This document shows, piece after piece, positions 1-12,600 of a stretch of DNA of 64,000 nt; position 1 is the first letter of the stretch, and every line of letters begins with the position of its first letter. The notes under the pieces are model-generated. The model ran no database searches. It saw only the letters and a program-made list of their open reading frames with translations, and was not told where the DNA came from. The stretch comes from Isurus oxyrinchus (lineage: Eukaryota). The stretch covers positions 31,558,001 through 31,622,000 of the forward strand of contig JANJGN010000023.1 in NCBI GenBank assembly GCA_026770705.1, written 5' to 3'. The position numbers and the translations under genes were made by a program.

Positions 1-267
1 GCATGCTGTTATGTGATAATTGACTTCAGTTAGTTATCGTTTGTATTTTTACTGCTGCTAATTATCACCTTCCTGGGCTGTGGAATCTTCACTGATTGCT
101 GCCAAATAATTGCCAATAACAGTTCTACAGGTAAGGATGGTAGGTTTAAGATTAATGATTAATGATTTAAGGTTTAATGATTAAGAGTCAGACTTCAGAC
201 GTAGTCACAATGCTATTATCTTGATCCTTGCAACAGCACTGATTTGTACCAAAGTTGTACTTTAATG

Positions 268-1145
268 TAAAAGCAGAATACTGTGGATGCTGGAAATCTG
301 AAATAAAAGCAAAAATTGCTGGAAATACACAGCAGGTCAGGCAGCATCTGTGGAGAGAAACCAAGTTAATGTTTCAGGTCAATGACCTTTCAGGTTGACC
401 TGAAACATTGGGCTGCATTTTACAGCGGGGCAGATGGCTCGCACCACCCCCCACCCCACCTCCCGCCAAGAAGGAAAGTCGGCTGGAAAGTTGGCCCACC
501 TCACAGCCGTAGCGCAGAGTGGGGCTTCTGCTCCTCACTGGCGTGTAAGTCCCGTCCTCACGAGCTACCAGCCAATCCAAGCTCCAGCAGTCCCGGCAGT
601 GCCAAGAGCTCATTAATGGGCATTGTCGGGACTTCACCCAATCCCAAGAAGAATGCCCAATGGATCCCAGAGTGAGTTAGGTCCTGGGTATTGAGCAGGG
701 AGGGTTTGGCCAGCTTAGCGAGGGTGGGTAGGGGTGGTGGGTTTTGGAGAGCAGGCGGGTATAAACAAAGGGAGGTACTATCTTAGACAGACTGCCCCCA
801 AGTGCACAAAGGACACCTCCCCAAAGACAGCAACCCCCTTCCTTCCTGCCCTTTAAAAACTTTTTTATAAAAATGGCCTGCCCATTCTCTGCTGACTGTT
901 CATGCCAACCGTGTTACGGTGTGGGCAGCATATTATCGGGGTCAGTTGGCTTGTTAACAAGCTCAATTGACCCTTAATTATTTATTTTCATCTGATGGGT
1001 GGGCTGTCAACTTTGGCATTATGGGGGTGAGCGGAAGGTGGGTGGGAATGTGGTGGACTGGGAACCTGCCCATTTTAAATGCCCCCGCTACAGCAGTTTC
1101 TCATTGCCTGACCTGCTGAGTATTTCGAGCATTGTTTATTTTTAT
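268..1145. mobile_element. Penelope-derived fold-back (inverted terminal repeat) element, split by a Harbinger MITE
   Basis: Left arm 'gatgctggaaatctgaaataaaa..cagcaggtcaggcagcatctgtggagag' and a perfect hairpin AATGTTTCAGGTCAA/TTGACCTGAAACATT (368-409). The right arm 'ctgacctgctgagtatttc' resumes at ~1100. Confidence 0.6.
410..1095. mobile_element. Non-autonomous PIF/Harbinger MITE
   Basis: Starts GGGCTGCATTTT. GC-rich termini and the internal 'aattga..cccttaatta' motif are shared with other MITEs in the window. Confidence 0.5.
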
Positions 1146-1334
1146 CATCCTTTAATTCTGAGTTGTGCTTGAGCTTCTTGCCTTTATCACCTAGGTTTAT
1201 GATTGTTTGGAGCTAGTGGTGACTAAACTGGTTGTAAAATATTTATGTCGAGTTAATTCTTGGAGATTATTATTACCTCGCAAAAATCAGTAAAATGAAA
1301 ATCCTCACAAATGAAAGGTTTTTTTCCATTATTT

Positions 1335-2517
1335 CACAGATTCACCGAGTTACAGAATTTTAACGGCACAGAAGGAGGCCATTCTGCCCACCGTGCCTGC
1401 ACCAGCTCTCCAAATGAGCATTATGACATAGTGCCATTGCCCTGCCTTTTCCCCTTGCCCCTGCACATGGTTTCTATTCAAGTAATCATCTAATGCCCTC
1501 TTGAATGCCTCGATTGAACCTGCCTCCACCACATTTCCAGGCAGTGCATTCCAGACCTGAACCACTCGTTGTGTGAAAAAGTTTCTTCTCACGTCACATT
1601 TGCTTTTTTTGCAAATCACTTTAAATCTGTGCCCTCTCGTTCTTGATCCTTTTACAAGCGCGAACAGCTTCTCTCTATCTATTCTGTCCAGCCCCCTCGT
1701 GATTTTGAACATCCCTATCAAATCTCCTGTTAGCTTTCTTCTCTCCAAGGAGAATAGTCCTAACTTCTTCAATATATCCTCCTGGCTGAAGTTTCTCATC
1801 CCTGGAACCATTCTTGTAAATCTCTTCTGCAATCTCTGCAATGTGTTGACATCCTCCCTAAAAAATGGTGCCCAGAACTGTACACAATACTCCAGCTGAG
1901 GTCTAACGAGTGTCTTATATAAATTTAGCATGATTTCCCTGCTCTTGTACTCTATGTCCTTATTAATAAAGCCCAGGATACTATATGCTTTATTAACTGC
2001 TCTCTCCACCTGTCCTGCCACCTTCGATGATCTATGCACATATACACCCAGGTCTTTCTGCTCCTGCACCCCTTCAAAATTTCACTCCTTACTTTGTCTG
2101 TCCACGTTCTTCCTACCAAAATTCTTCACCTTATACTTCTCCACATTGAACTTCATCTGCCACCTATCTGCCCACTCCACCAACTTGTCTATGTCCTTTT
2201 GAAGTTCTACACTGTCCTCACAGTTCACAACACTCCCAAACTTTGTGTCATCCACAAACTTTGAACTCCCCTGCACACCAAGTTCTAGATCATTAATATA
2301 TATCAAAAAAAGCAAGGGTCCCAAAATCGACCCTTGGGGAACACCACTACAAACCTTCCTCCCGCCCAAAAAATATCCATTGACCATTACTCTCTGCTTC
2401 CTATTTTTCAGCCAATTTTGTATCCACGTTGCTACTGTCCCTTTCATTCCATGAGCAATACCTTTTCTCACAAGTCTGTTGTGTGGCACTGTATCGAATG
2501 CCTTTTGAAAGTTCATG
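1335..2517 (-). mobile_element. CR1 LINE 3' part (RT C-terminal half plus 3' tail), decayed
   Basis: ORFs 2082-2516 (FQKAFDTVPH, SGVPQGSILGPLLF, FVDDTK) and 1350-2069 (LVRPQLEYCVQFW, RRNFFTQRVV..WNALP). Confidence 0.95.
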
Positions 2518-4099
2518 TGATTTGTTTGAAAAACACTTCAACTGACGATTTTAAAAACTGATCCTTGTAAAAAAAAATGCAATGAAATTAGTTCCTAGCC
2601 ATCACTTCTGAGACTGATTTAACTGTTCCTAGTCTTCTTAATCAGTATTGCATGTGGCTAGGCAGTGATTAGGTGTTCACGATAAATTGGTGGACTTTGA
2701 TGTAAATTTCTCAGTACTTTAATACTCTAGAGTTACAAATCACCAGAAGATTAGATCTGTAATTATTGAATAATAAAACAATGCAGAGACAAATTCTAAA
2801 ACTGATAGTGCACAAGGGTGGAGCGCAAATCTGTTAGTTTAGATCATATTTGTACATCAGCTGTAACAACATCATGTCAAAACAAGCAAAGGTTTAATTT
2901 AGTAAAGTAATTTAATTACATAATTGTACACATAGTAACTCTGTCATTACTGAGGATCTAAGTTGTAGAAACATTATGTTAATTGCCTTACTTCCACATG
3001 ACAACATATCCATCACTCATTTGTTAGGTTGCAATTCTATGTGACTGGTACTATCCACATGGCTGGTACAATCTAGCTGGTTGGTTGATAATTCAAGTTA
3101 ATTTATCTTAAATCCCTATTCTGAAGTAAGTTATATGTTTGACTATTTCAATGTAGAATTATTTCGAAACGTTATTTGAAGTTACAACAGACTTAATCAA
3201 AATGCATTTGGGCAATATTAAATGCAGGGCATGGATTATTGTGCTGTGAAACACATTGAAGACTTCTTGAAGTCAGGTGAAGAATTTGCTGCTATAGCTG
3301 TGGCTCTCATCTTATGTTTAAGTGCATTCAGCTCAGTTATCAGCAGATTAGATAATTTATGATGACTGCAATTTGAAAACGATAACTGAGAATCTAATGA
3401 CAATAATGAACACAAATAAATCCACCAATGCTCACAAATATTTGTGTTTTATGTCTGTATGTAATGCCTGTGTCAATTTTTTCTATTATAAATTCATTCT
3501 CATTTAAATGGAAATGGCCTGTCAGTTTGCCATGCTGTAATTACACCATCTTACCAATGGCAGTGGTTCAGTTTTTAATTCTAATATTTCTCAACTTTAC
3601 ACCTGTGCTGGTAATAGCTGAACGTATTTGCTTTCCAAATTACAATGCATTTTGTCAAAATAATATGTAAAAGTTAAGGATGGAATTTATTGCTTTACAA
3701 TGGGGATTTCATTCATGCCAGATACTATTATCGCCCACCCTCTAACCCCGTTTAGCCTGAGGCTACACTTGGTCTTCACTCATCATGTACTATACAATGG
3801 GAGATATACCCTACTGTTTGTATTGAATCGTTCTTGAAATTCTACTACATGATAGGCCCTGATTGCAGTGCTTACACTAATTATGTTATAAATATGAGGA
3901 ATATTAATATCTTGATTGTCCCATTGACAATTTGGCAAATATTATAGAGATTTTTTCCCAGATTTAAAATGGAATAGCAACCCTGCTTTCCTGCTGAGAA
4001 TGCACTTTGCAAAGTGCACATTCTGACTCTTTCCTAGACTGTAAACACAGAATATAAGCGCAGGACTGTTTGGCACAAAGTTTGGATTGGGGCAGCTGT

Positions 4100-4748
4100 T
4101 GCTTGAGTGCTGCATGTGCTATTTGGGATCCACAATGTCATCCATGGTGGCAGGCACACTTTTGGGGTGAGGTGCGCCACATGCCATTTGTACAGAGAGC
4201 AGGCACATCATGATGTCAATCAGTGTGAAACACTAATTTGAAGCCAAGCCAACTATTTTGGAGCACAATGTTCCAGCTAGTGTCCTGTTGTAGCCTCACA
4301 AAACTAAACATGAGTTCAACAGCTGGAAGGACCTCTCCCCTTTCCCCAACACCTTCCTCCGTCCCCTCAGCCAGTTTTATTTAAATAGATCATTGTTAGC
4401 TTACAGGTTAGATGCAGGCTGATTTCTTTTGGCTGTTGTTTCAATACTACAAGTGTTTGGTGCTTTCTATAGTCATTTCAAATTGCCATGTAACAAGCGA
4501 TGTGCCAGGTGCTGATGGATTTTTTGCTGATTTCAAGGCTTGTGTGTAAACCAGTTGTTCCCAACCACTAGAAGACATTCCCCTTACAATACAGCAGGAC
4601 TTGAAGAATGAGTAGGGGTCTTACAGATCAGGACAAAGTGCTTGAAGTGGGGAGAGCAGGAGGGGCAGAAGAATTCTTGGCAGAAGGCCATAGTCTCCCA
4701 AGGCATTCATAGGACAATTCTTTTACCTGAAACTCAGTGAAGAACAAT
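4100..4748 (+). mobile_element. Old Harbinger remnant (5' part of transposase) that continues at 9764-9885
   Basis: YLKLSEEQ at ~4723-4747 joins CVGHLHISKDVLTEIGHLLQ..ALPAAVKLT after 9764, matching the HARBI1-like N-terminus. Confidence 0.55.
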
Positions 4749-5021
4749 GGGCGGAATCATCCCAGATTTGCACTAAATGCAGTAGTGGGCAGGTAAAATG
4801 TCATTTTACCCTTCGGCTGCAATGGTGGATTTTCATGCTGTATCATCCCAAACCCACCGCTTTACTTTTGCATTCCTGGGAAACATGCCGCTTCCATGGT
4901 GGGCAGGCTTTCATTCGCCCACCATGCCAACACTTCGCTGCTTCATCACACCGGGCACCATATTTAATGTCTAGCCGCATCTCATTGCTTCCAGCCCACA
5001 ACTACTGCAGGGAAGATGTCC

Positions 5022-6780
5022 ATGAAAGGCAAAATGTCTGCAGCCCTCAGGTTTAGCGACGCATCACTGGAACACCTTTGGATGACATGGAGGCCCTCCT
5101 CAATGTCGTCTACCCCGCTCTGGCCACAGGATGGGCAGCAGTGTGGTCAACCCGTCTTGGGAGGTGGTAGCAGTGGTGGTCAGCATGAATGCCCTTCATA
5201 AGCAGACAGCCACCCAGTGCCGCAAGAGAATGAATGATCTCTGTTCCGCCAGGGTAAGTCACTATTCTCATACTCTTAACTCATGCACTCACAAACCCAT
5301 CACACATCCACAGGGCCCTCACTCACTGCTGGTTCAAAGGACATCACCATTCATTCTTGCACAAACACTTTCATTATCCTCATCTCATCCGTGGAACCAC
5401 TCACCACCCATACATGCCAGGCATACTTATCATCTGGCCCAGCAGGCATCTTGCTTACACTCTCTTCATCAGGCCAAGCTGGCACACAACAACAGAGGGA
5501 GGTTGCAGACTGTTGGAGGAATGGCTGAAATCAAGGTCCTCATGGACTTTGAAAACAGAGTCATCCAGCTGGCCGGCGAGGATCTGGACTGGTCCTGTGG
5601 GGTCAGTGTTGCTCTACCAAGTGAGGATCCAGCAGCAAAACATCCATCAGATAACCATGCTGTGAGTGATCTGTCCTGTTTCACAGGCCACTGCCATGCA
5701 CTAATTATCTCCCTTTGCTTTTGCAGGCACATCTGGGAAATAGCTGACAGAGTCCATGACTCAGGGCTTCCAATAAAGCCCCGAAGAAACCTCTGAAGAG
5801 GAATCTGAAGGCACCCTTCCTGAAGTCCCATCATAGCGCTCACCCACACCCTCCACCAGCGCAGAGACACACACCTCGGTGGGACCTAGCTTTAGCATAG
5901 CCTCGGGATCATAATCTGGTGAGCACATCATCTCTGTCTGATCCGTAGCATCGGTGGCAGGGACTTTCCAGGTGTCTGGCACTTAGAGGACTGCTCGAGG
6001 CCAGAAATTTGCTGAGCATGATTCAAGTGATGAGCTTCTGGATTCAGTCATGTCACAGTTGCTGGAGCTGCAAAGGGAACCTAGGGAACATCAGAAAGGC
6101 CTGCCCGCTGCACTCCTCAGATTGCAAGGTATGATGGAGGAGTCTGTCCACCTTCAGGCTGAGGTGATAGCACCAGCGTGCCAATGCACCAAGTCAGCAA
6201 TGTGGTTGACTCTTAAATGCCCTCTGAACAAGGGCAATTAGGTATGGACAATAAATGCTAGCCTAGGCAGTGATCCTACATCCCATGAATGAATAAAGAA
6301 AAAATCACTAGTAGGATGGCCATGGAGACCTTGGTCCAGGATGTCACTCCTGTACTGCTGCGCGGGCTCAACTCCATCACTGATGCCGTAATTGGCCTCC
6401 AACAGTTTGTAAGGGAGAGGATGCAGAGCAGCTCGATCTCACTCCATATACCTCTTCTCCTCAAGGAATCAGACTGTGGTCCTTGGGCACCCAAAGGAAG
6501 GAGAATCAGCAGGTCTCACCTGAGAGCCATCCAGCCAGGTGACTCCGGGAGTGTCTGGCCTAACCGAATCCTGTGACCTCCAGTTTCAAAGGCCAAGGAG
6601 GGTGCCACTGACACACAGCAGGACCCTGAAACCAGACTAATCCTTCCAGGTCTCCACAGGACGCCTGCCTAGGTCATCACAGACAGGGTGTCGCAGTCAG
6701 CAGGCTGCTTCCACCTCCACTGTGGATGTCTGGGGAGGACCAAGAGGAAGCTGCAGGATTAGGAAAGTTAAGAAGATGCA
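5022..6780 (+). pseudogene. Harbinger Myb/SANT-like DNA-binding protein gene, spliced and disrupted
   Basis: ALRFSDASLE..WEVVAVVVS..QTATQCRKRMNDL (trihelix/Myb-like). Donor CAGG|GTAAGT at ~5252; acceptors at ~5472 and ~5726. Confidence 0.75.
6195..6305 (+). mobile_element. HE1/HER1-type retroposon 3' tail inserted in the Harbinger Myb gene
   Basis: 'gcaatgtggttgactcttaaatgccctctgaacaagggcaattagg..acatcccatgaatgaataaagaaaaaa'. Confidence 0.8.
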
Positions 6781-7519
6781 ACTGCACAGCCTGGGCAAGG
6801 GTGTTAATCATGTGTGCATACTGTTCACTGTTGTCAATAAACTTCCAAGAATGTCTCCCTGCCCAAGGCTCCTTGTTCTGTTGAGCAGTGTTTGTGTCAC
6901 TCAGATGTGCAATCTTTGTGCAAAAGATAAAGGCAGGTGTCTCAGTCCAGGGCCCCTTCTCTGCGTCTGTGCAGTTTTCAGACCAAAGTGATGGTCCAGC
7001 CTCATATTATTGGACACATTACTGATGCCTGCACCTCAACGGTACTGGTCATTGCTGCCAGAATGTTGTGTGCAAGCATCACAGAATTCCATCATTCTCT
7101 CTGTATACTCTCAACACCTTTAAGGTGGGGTTGGCACTCACCTCTTCAGCATCTGTGACCAGTGACGCTGTGCTCCTGAAGGGCTCAGGGGCAGAAGGTG
7201 CACAACAGATCAGATGCTTCTAAAGTCTCATGGCTGCGTCTCTTTGATATGACCCTGATCATGGAGCACAAGCAAGTTGCCCTCGGCCAGACAGGGAGTC
7301 AGACATTCTCAGAGGCTATGTGAAGACCTGTGGAGTATCCTCACTACATGTTGTCATCATCCTCTTGCAGTTGAGTGACTATTAGTGCCTCCACTGCCTC
7401 TCAATGACAGGAGCATTCTCACAGAGGGTATGGGCATTGCCATAAGCCAGACTGGAGTCAAACGTTCACAGATGTGATATGAGGATCTATGATGTCTCCT
7501 CACTGCATGTTGTCATCAT

Positions 7520-8600
7520 CCTCCACAAATCTAGCAGTCTTGCGAGCGCATCAGCATGAGGGTCTCATCACCATCATCACCACCTTCGAGGACTTCCGAA
7601 CCCTCATCCCAGTCAGTGTCCTCTTCATTTGAGGAGACATCCAGCTCCTCTCCCCATTGCACTGCCAAATTGTAAAGGGCACAGCAGGCAATGATGATGC
7701 ATGACACCATCTGTGGACTATGTTGCAGGGCTCCACCAGACCGTTCCATGTACCGGAACCTCATTTTCAGCATCCCGATGGTTTGCTCCACCAAGTTGCG
7801 AGTTGCAGCATGAGCATTTCATCAGCTGTAGCCTCTGTGGGTAGCCCTTGTCCCTGAGGAGCTATCCCTGCAGCTTCTGTGGACCCTGGAATTCGTCAGG
7901 GATCTGTGACCGACTGACAATGTAGGAGTTTTGCACACTCCCTAGAAACCTTGCCTAGACCTGCAGGATGCGCTTGTGGTGGTCGCACATCAGCTGCACA
8001 TTCAGCAAATGGAAGCTCTTACGGTTGATATAATTAACCCATGTTGTGATGGAGATCTGAGCACCACATGAGTGCAGTTGATGGCACCCTGAACCTGTGG
8101 GAAACCCGAGATCTGGGCAAATCCGCTCGCTCTTGCATCCTGGCTGTCTTGGTCCTGGGTAAAATACACAAAGTTGTGTGCCCTTGCAAAGATGGCATAC
8201 ATGGCCTAATGGATGCATTTGTGGGTGGAGGATTGTGATATCCCACAGAGGTCACCTGTGGAGCCCTGAACAGAGTCACTGGCATAGAAAATGAGTGCTG
8301 CTGCCACTTTACTGCCACTGGCAGTCTTCAGCAACACTGGTTCTTGGTCATCTGCAGGAATAAAGTCAGCATCTATAGTGGGTGTCCCAAGCGCCGACCA
8401 GTGATGGCTCGCTATGGCTCTTGGGAGCGGTGTTTGTGTGGGAGCCCCAGCTGTCCCTTCTTCTTCAGGGCGCTGCTCCTCCCTCTGTGCAGCCAGGCAT
8501 CTCAGTCGCTCTCTTCTCCATTGTATTTGCTCTCTGTACACCACAAGGCATACAGCTAGTTCACCAGGCTCCATGATCCTGATGTACTCCACCTGCAGGA
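7520..8600 (-). pseudogene. Harbinger (HARBI1-like) DDE transposase, frameshifted
   Basis: FAQISGFPQVQGAINCTHV, NRKSFHLLNVQLMCDH, VEQTIGMLKMRFR, CIIIACCALYN in ORF pieces 7531-8628. Confidence 0.9.
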
Positions 8601-10981
8601 TGAAAGAAAGAGACACATGGGTTAGCATGGGTGTAATAAGAACATGTCCTGGTTAAATCTGAAGGCCCCTTAATGCAACCCGGAGAGTGTTGGCAACCAG
8701 TTGGATGGCCAGAGGTTAGTGCACTGCATGGCTGCCCAAAATCTTACCCATCTCAGCCCCACTCCAACTGACCGATTGGCGGCAGCTTTGCCCACTGGAC
8801 TGCATGCTGTGCTCTCAGCTCAGGCACAGGCATTCTTCTAATCCACACTGCAAGGCTGCACTGTTAGCTTGAACCGTTGGGAAGACTGGTCCAACCGGGA
8901 TGCTGACATAGCAAGGGCTGTGAGCGCCTCCACCAGTGACTGCAGCATGGCCAGCGTGTACAATGTGTGCAGTCAACCAACTGTTCTGCAGGCCACCAAA
9001 ATGCTCCTTATTTTGCAGTCTGTGCTCGAGAGGTGAAAAGCTCTGGAGCACTTGGCGTCACTTTGATGCCTCTGCATTGCTTGAGTGGGCAGATAAGCTA
9101 GAAGCCTGACTCCAATCATATCAATGGCTGATCCTAACTGTCTCAGTTGCAGAGGAATGGTCACTTTATATCATGTGGCCATTTCCCTCGCCCGCCCTAC
9201 CTCCCCCCCCACCCCAAATGCCTGTGTGCTACATTCAACCACAGGGCAGCCATCGCCACCCACCTCCAAGTCACTTCAACCGCAGGGCTGTCCCTGCTTC
9301 CCCCACCAAAGTCACCCTAACTGCAGGGCAGCTCTTGCACCCCCCTCCCCAAGTCACTTCAAACTCAGGGCTGCCCTTACTTCACACTCCCTGATGCCCC
9401 TCAAACTTGAAGCCCAACAGGCGACCCTGGTGAGCAATGCGCAACGTTACTGTGCACTCACCTCCGGGTTCCCCTCAAAGTGCAGCCCGCCAAGTGCACG
9501 CCTTTTAGGTACTGTTGTGAAACACCTCGATGTGCTTTCCGCCCGTGGGGGCCGGGGGTGGGGGAACGATTCCGGCATGTTGGCCTAATAATGATATGCA
9601 GATGTATTACAATGAGGTTCCTGACCTCCGATGGTGAGAAACGCGGCCTGCCATCAGCGGGCTGAGCAAACTGGTTCCCCATCATCGTGAAACCGATCAC
9701 GCCATATTGTCCACTCATGCCACCGAACATGCTCAACTCCAGCGGGCACAGAAAATTCTGGGCATTGTGTGGGACATCTGCACATCAGTAAAGATGTCCT
9801 CACAGAAATTGGCCACCTACTGCAGCCTCAGAATAGCCACAGAAATGCATTGCCAGCGGCTGTGAAATTGACCATAGAAGGAGCTTTTCTGGGTCTGGTT
9901 AAAATTGTTGCCAAATTGAATCAAAGTAATTTTCAAAGAGCAATCTTTTCAAGATAAATTATAAAAAGTAGCAATTTAAAATGCATTTTCAGTTAAATAT
10001 TTACAATATACCAATTCTTTAACGTGTTTAATTTCCTTCTTCTAATGATAGAATTAGCTTAATAAAAAAGCTGTATGTTACTGGGAGTTTCCGTGATAGT
10101 TCTTTGGGCAATGGTAACAATAAGCTGTCCAGACCAGGAGGTTTTGTACTTGATTTGTGACCCCTATGGAGCTGGGGAAGAAATAAAGGTGCTACAAGTT
10201 ACCTCAGTGATTCTGACTAGGGAAATAGAAAATAATTCAGGGCTCCTGTTCTCGATTGCTAAAGGTGTGCAAGTCTGGATGTCAGGTGAGAACAGGATTG
10301 GTCTCAGTGTGACTTTCTTCTCATCAAGCAGCCTGATAAAATTGTCCAGACTCATGCATAAAGAATGCATGAGGTACTAACACCCATGGAACTATCGGAG
10401 TGTTCCAGAGGTTCTGTGTTGCCAACTTAGAGCCTCGCTTGAGCTGAGTGTGGACCAGAGATAGGCCTGTAATATTTTTTTCATGATTCTCTGGCCCACA
10501 TTCTCGGGGGTGTAGCTCCCTGCTGGCAATGTGGGATTGTGGAATTACTCCATCTGTCTCAGCCGATGTCATCGTTTTAAGAAGAAACGAGGATGACATC
10601 AGTGAAAATGGGATATGGATCTATCTTTTCCCTGCATCTGTCACATTGGAGGTGTGCTGCTATGTAGAAGGGATCATTTTGCAGTTTGTTTCACAGCTGC
10701 TTTGTTTATAACAGCACAGTCAGAGTTGGGAGTGATAAGTATATAATAATACTGTGCAGCAAATAACCCTATAATCTGCTAAAAAGCAATCTTATCAGAA
10801 TTATAGTCAGCATTTAAAAGAGGTTGTTTCTCTTCACTTACTTTTCTTTCATGCTGCACAAAATAAATGTTTTCTCATTCACCCTCACTCAAGGAACCTG
10901 ATGGCACACATCTAGGTTCACATGCAGTAATTAGGTGCTGGAATTCTATGGGAGGTCTCCCCATCTCCCATCATACTTTCA

Positions 10982-11067
10982 ATGAGATCAGCCATGATAT
11001 TATTGAATGGCGGTGCAGGCTTGAGGGGCTGAATGGCCTACTCCTGCTCCTATTTCTTATGTTCTGA
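10982..11067 (+). mobile_element. CR1 3' tail fragment
   Basis: 'gatcagccatgat..gaatggcggtgcaggcttgaggggctgaatggcctactcctgctcctatttcttatg'. Confidence 0.8.
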
Positions 11068-11794
11068 TGTTAGCAGAATCACCAACAAATGGCTGAACCT
11101 CTACGGAAGCCAAAGGTGAGGATGTATGTGAAACTACCTTCCAATAGCGTCAACAACCCAAATGCTACGAACAGGGAAAAACCAGGCCTGCTCTCTGAGC
11201 TGCTGTTTACAACTATATTGCTGGAATGCCTCTTCTGATGGTAGGGCAGCTCAGTTTGAATTATTTTAATGAGCTCCCTGTGCAGCCCGTAACTTTGCAA
11301 GGGAAGGTTCGGAGGGGAAGCCCTTTGCTTTTTGGAACTGCTCATGAAATCTGCAAATTAAAGTGAAGCAAGCATGTAAAGATAAGTAACAACATGGTGG
11401 TGAGACCAAAACAACTCATGCAGCTTAAAGGCTGCAGTTGCATTAATGCATTTGTCAGCAATTTTGTATTAGAACTGAAACAATAGTGACGAGGGTGAAT
11501 GCAATATTTCGGCTCGTAACAAATTCTACAGGTAAGTAATGGAATAGCACCCCACCCCCTTACCACCAAGTTGATGTTTAAAGGCTTATGAAGTTAATGT
11601 GCTGATGCATGATGTTGGTGGCAGATAACTTGCCCTGATGGGGTATCTAACTCAGCGCATAGCAGTCCAACATGCTTGGCAAGAGGTGACAGTCCATCTA
11701 CATTATCTTCAGTGGCAGAATCGAGCAGGGAACAAGATGGTGCTCTTCAAATGTTCTGGCAAATTAAGACTAACCAACAGTATAATGTAAAGGA

Positions 11795-11979
11795 AGAAAG
11801 CAAGACTTGCATTTATATTGTACCTTTTGTAAGATGTCCCAAAGTATATTACAACCAATTAAGGACCCTTTGCTTTGTAGTGTAGTCACTGTTGTAATAT
11901 AGGAAGTGTAGCAGTGAATTCGTACACAGCAAGTTCCCACAAACAGCATTGAGATAATGAGTAGTTAATCTGTGTAAAT
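11795..11979 (-). mobile_element. SacSINE1/DeuSINE-like SINE, 3' half (5' half at 17732-17985), split by the Gypsy insertion
   Basis: 'aagacttgcatttata..cacagcaagttcccacaaacagc..' continues after the 3' LTR as 'gtaatgttggttgggggatagatattggtcaggac..gaacttgaactcacaa'. Confidence 0.7.
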
Positions 11980-12400
11980 TGTGGTAAAGTGGAGTGCTAT
12001 GTACCTTTAAGAGAAAGTAGTTAGTTGACCATGTGACTGTATTAGCCAATCGCTACACAGCATTGGCTTCTTGGGTAACTGTAAGTCTGGAGCAAGAGGT
12101 GGTTGAAGAAAGCACACATTATGTTACTGCTCTGTACTTACTTCCAATAAACCACCAGTGTTTGTTCAGTTAATCGGTCTCTCTGCCTATATTGTTTCAA
12201 GTACTAACTAATGTGTTAATATTAAGGGTGCAGTTAGGTTTCGCTGGACAAAGCAAGCCTGATAACCAAAAACATAAAACTTGCAGTGAGAATAAACCAG
12301 ATCAATTGGCGGCAATCAAGAAAGCCATGGTAAGCCAGCTATGTTAGTTCGCCACTATCTTGAAAGCTGTTTGAAAGCGCAGTCTCCTTAGTCCTCAAGT

Positions 12401-12600
12401 ATGCCGCAGTTTGGGCATCTTGAACCATTTGACCCCGTTTCCGATGCCTCATCTCATTACGTCGAACACCTAGCGTTCTTCTTTACCACTAACGAAATCG
12501 CAGGCGATTACAAGAAGGGGGCGATTCTTTTGTCCATATGCAGGAACAAAACTTATGGGTTGATCTGCAGCCTCACGTCACCTAACACCCCCGATACGAA
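12401..12600 (+). pseudogene. Gypsy gag N-terminus (truncated)
   Basis: MPQFGHLEPFDP..YVEHLAFFFTTNEI..AILLSICRNKTYGLICSLTSPNTP, typical of the vertebrate Gypsy gag start. Confidence 0.8.

Larger units (their letters stand above)
4749..9763. mobile_element. Near full-length two-gene PIF/Harbinger DNA transposon, decayed
   Basis: Terminal GGGCGGAATCATCC and GAAAATTCTGGGC, putative 3-bp TSD aat/att, and convergent Myb/SANT (+) and transposase (-) genes inside. Confidence 0.85.

Noticed and set aside
1573-2454. Plus-strand ORFs of 70-108 aa
   Set aside because: Antisense shadows of the CR1 RT frame.
1-4100. 3' exons of WAC (upstream neighbour of BAMBI in mammals)
   Set aside because: No recognisable WAC coding sequence. 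The AT-rich unique DNA cannot be assigned by eye.
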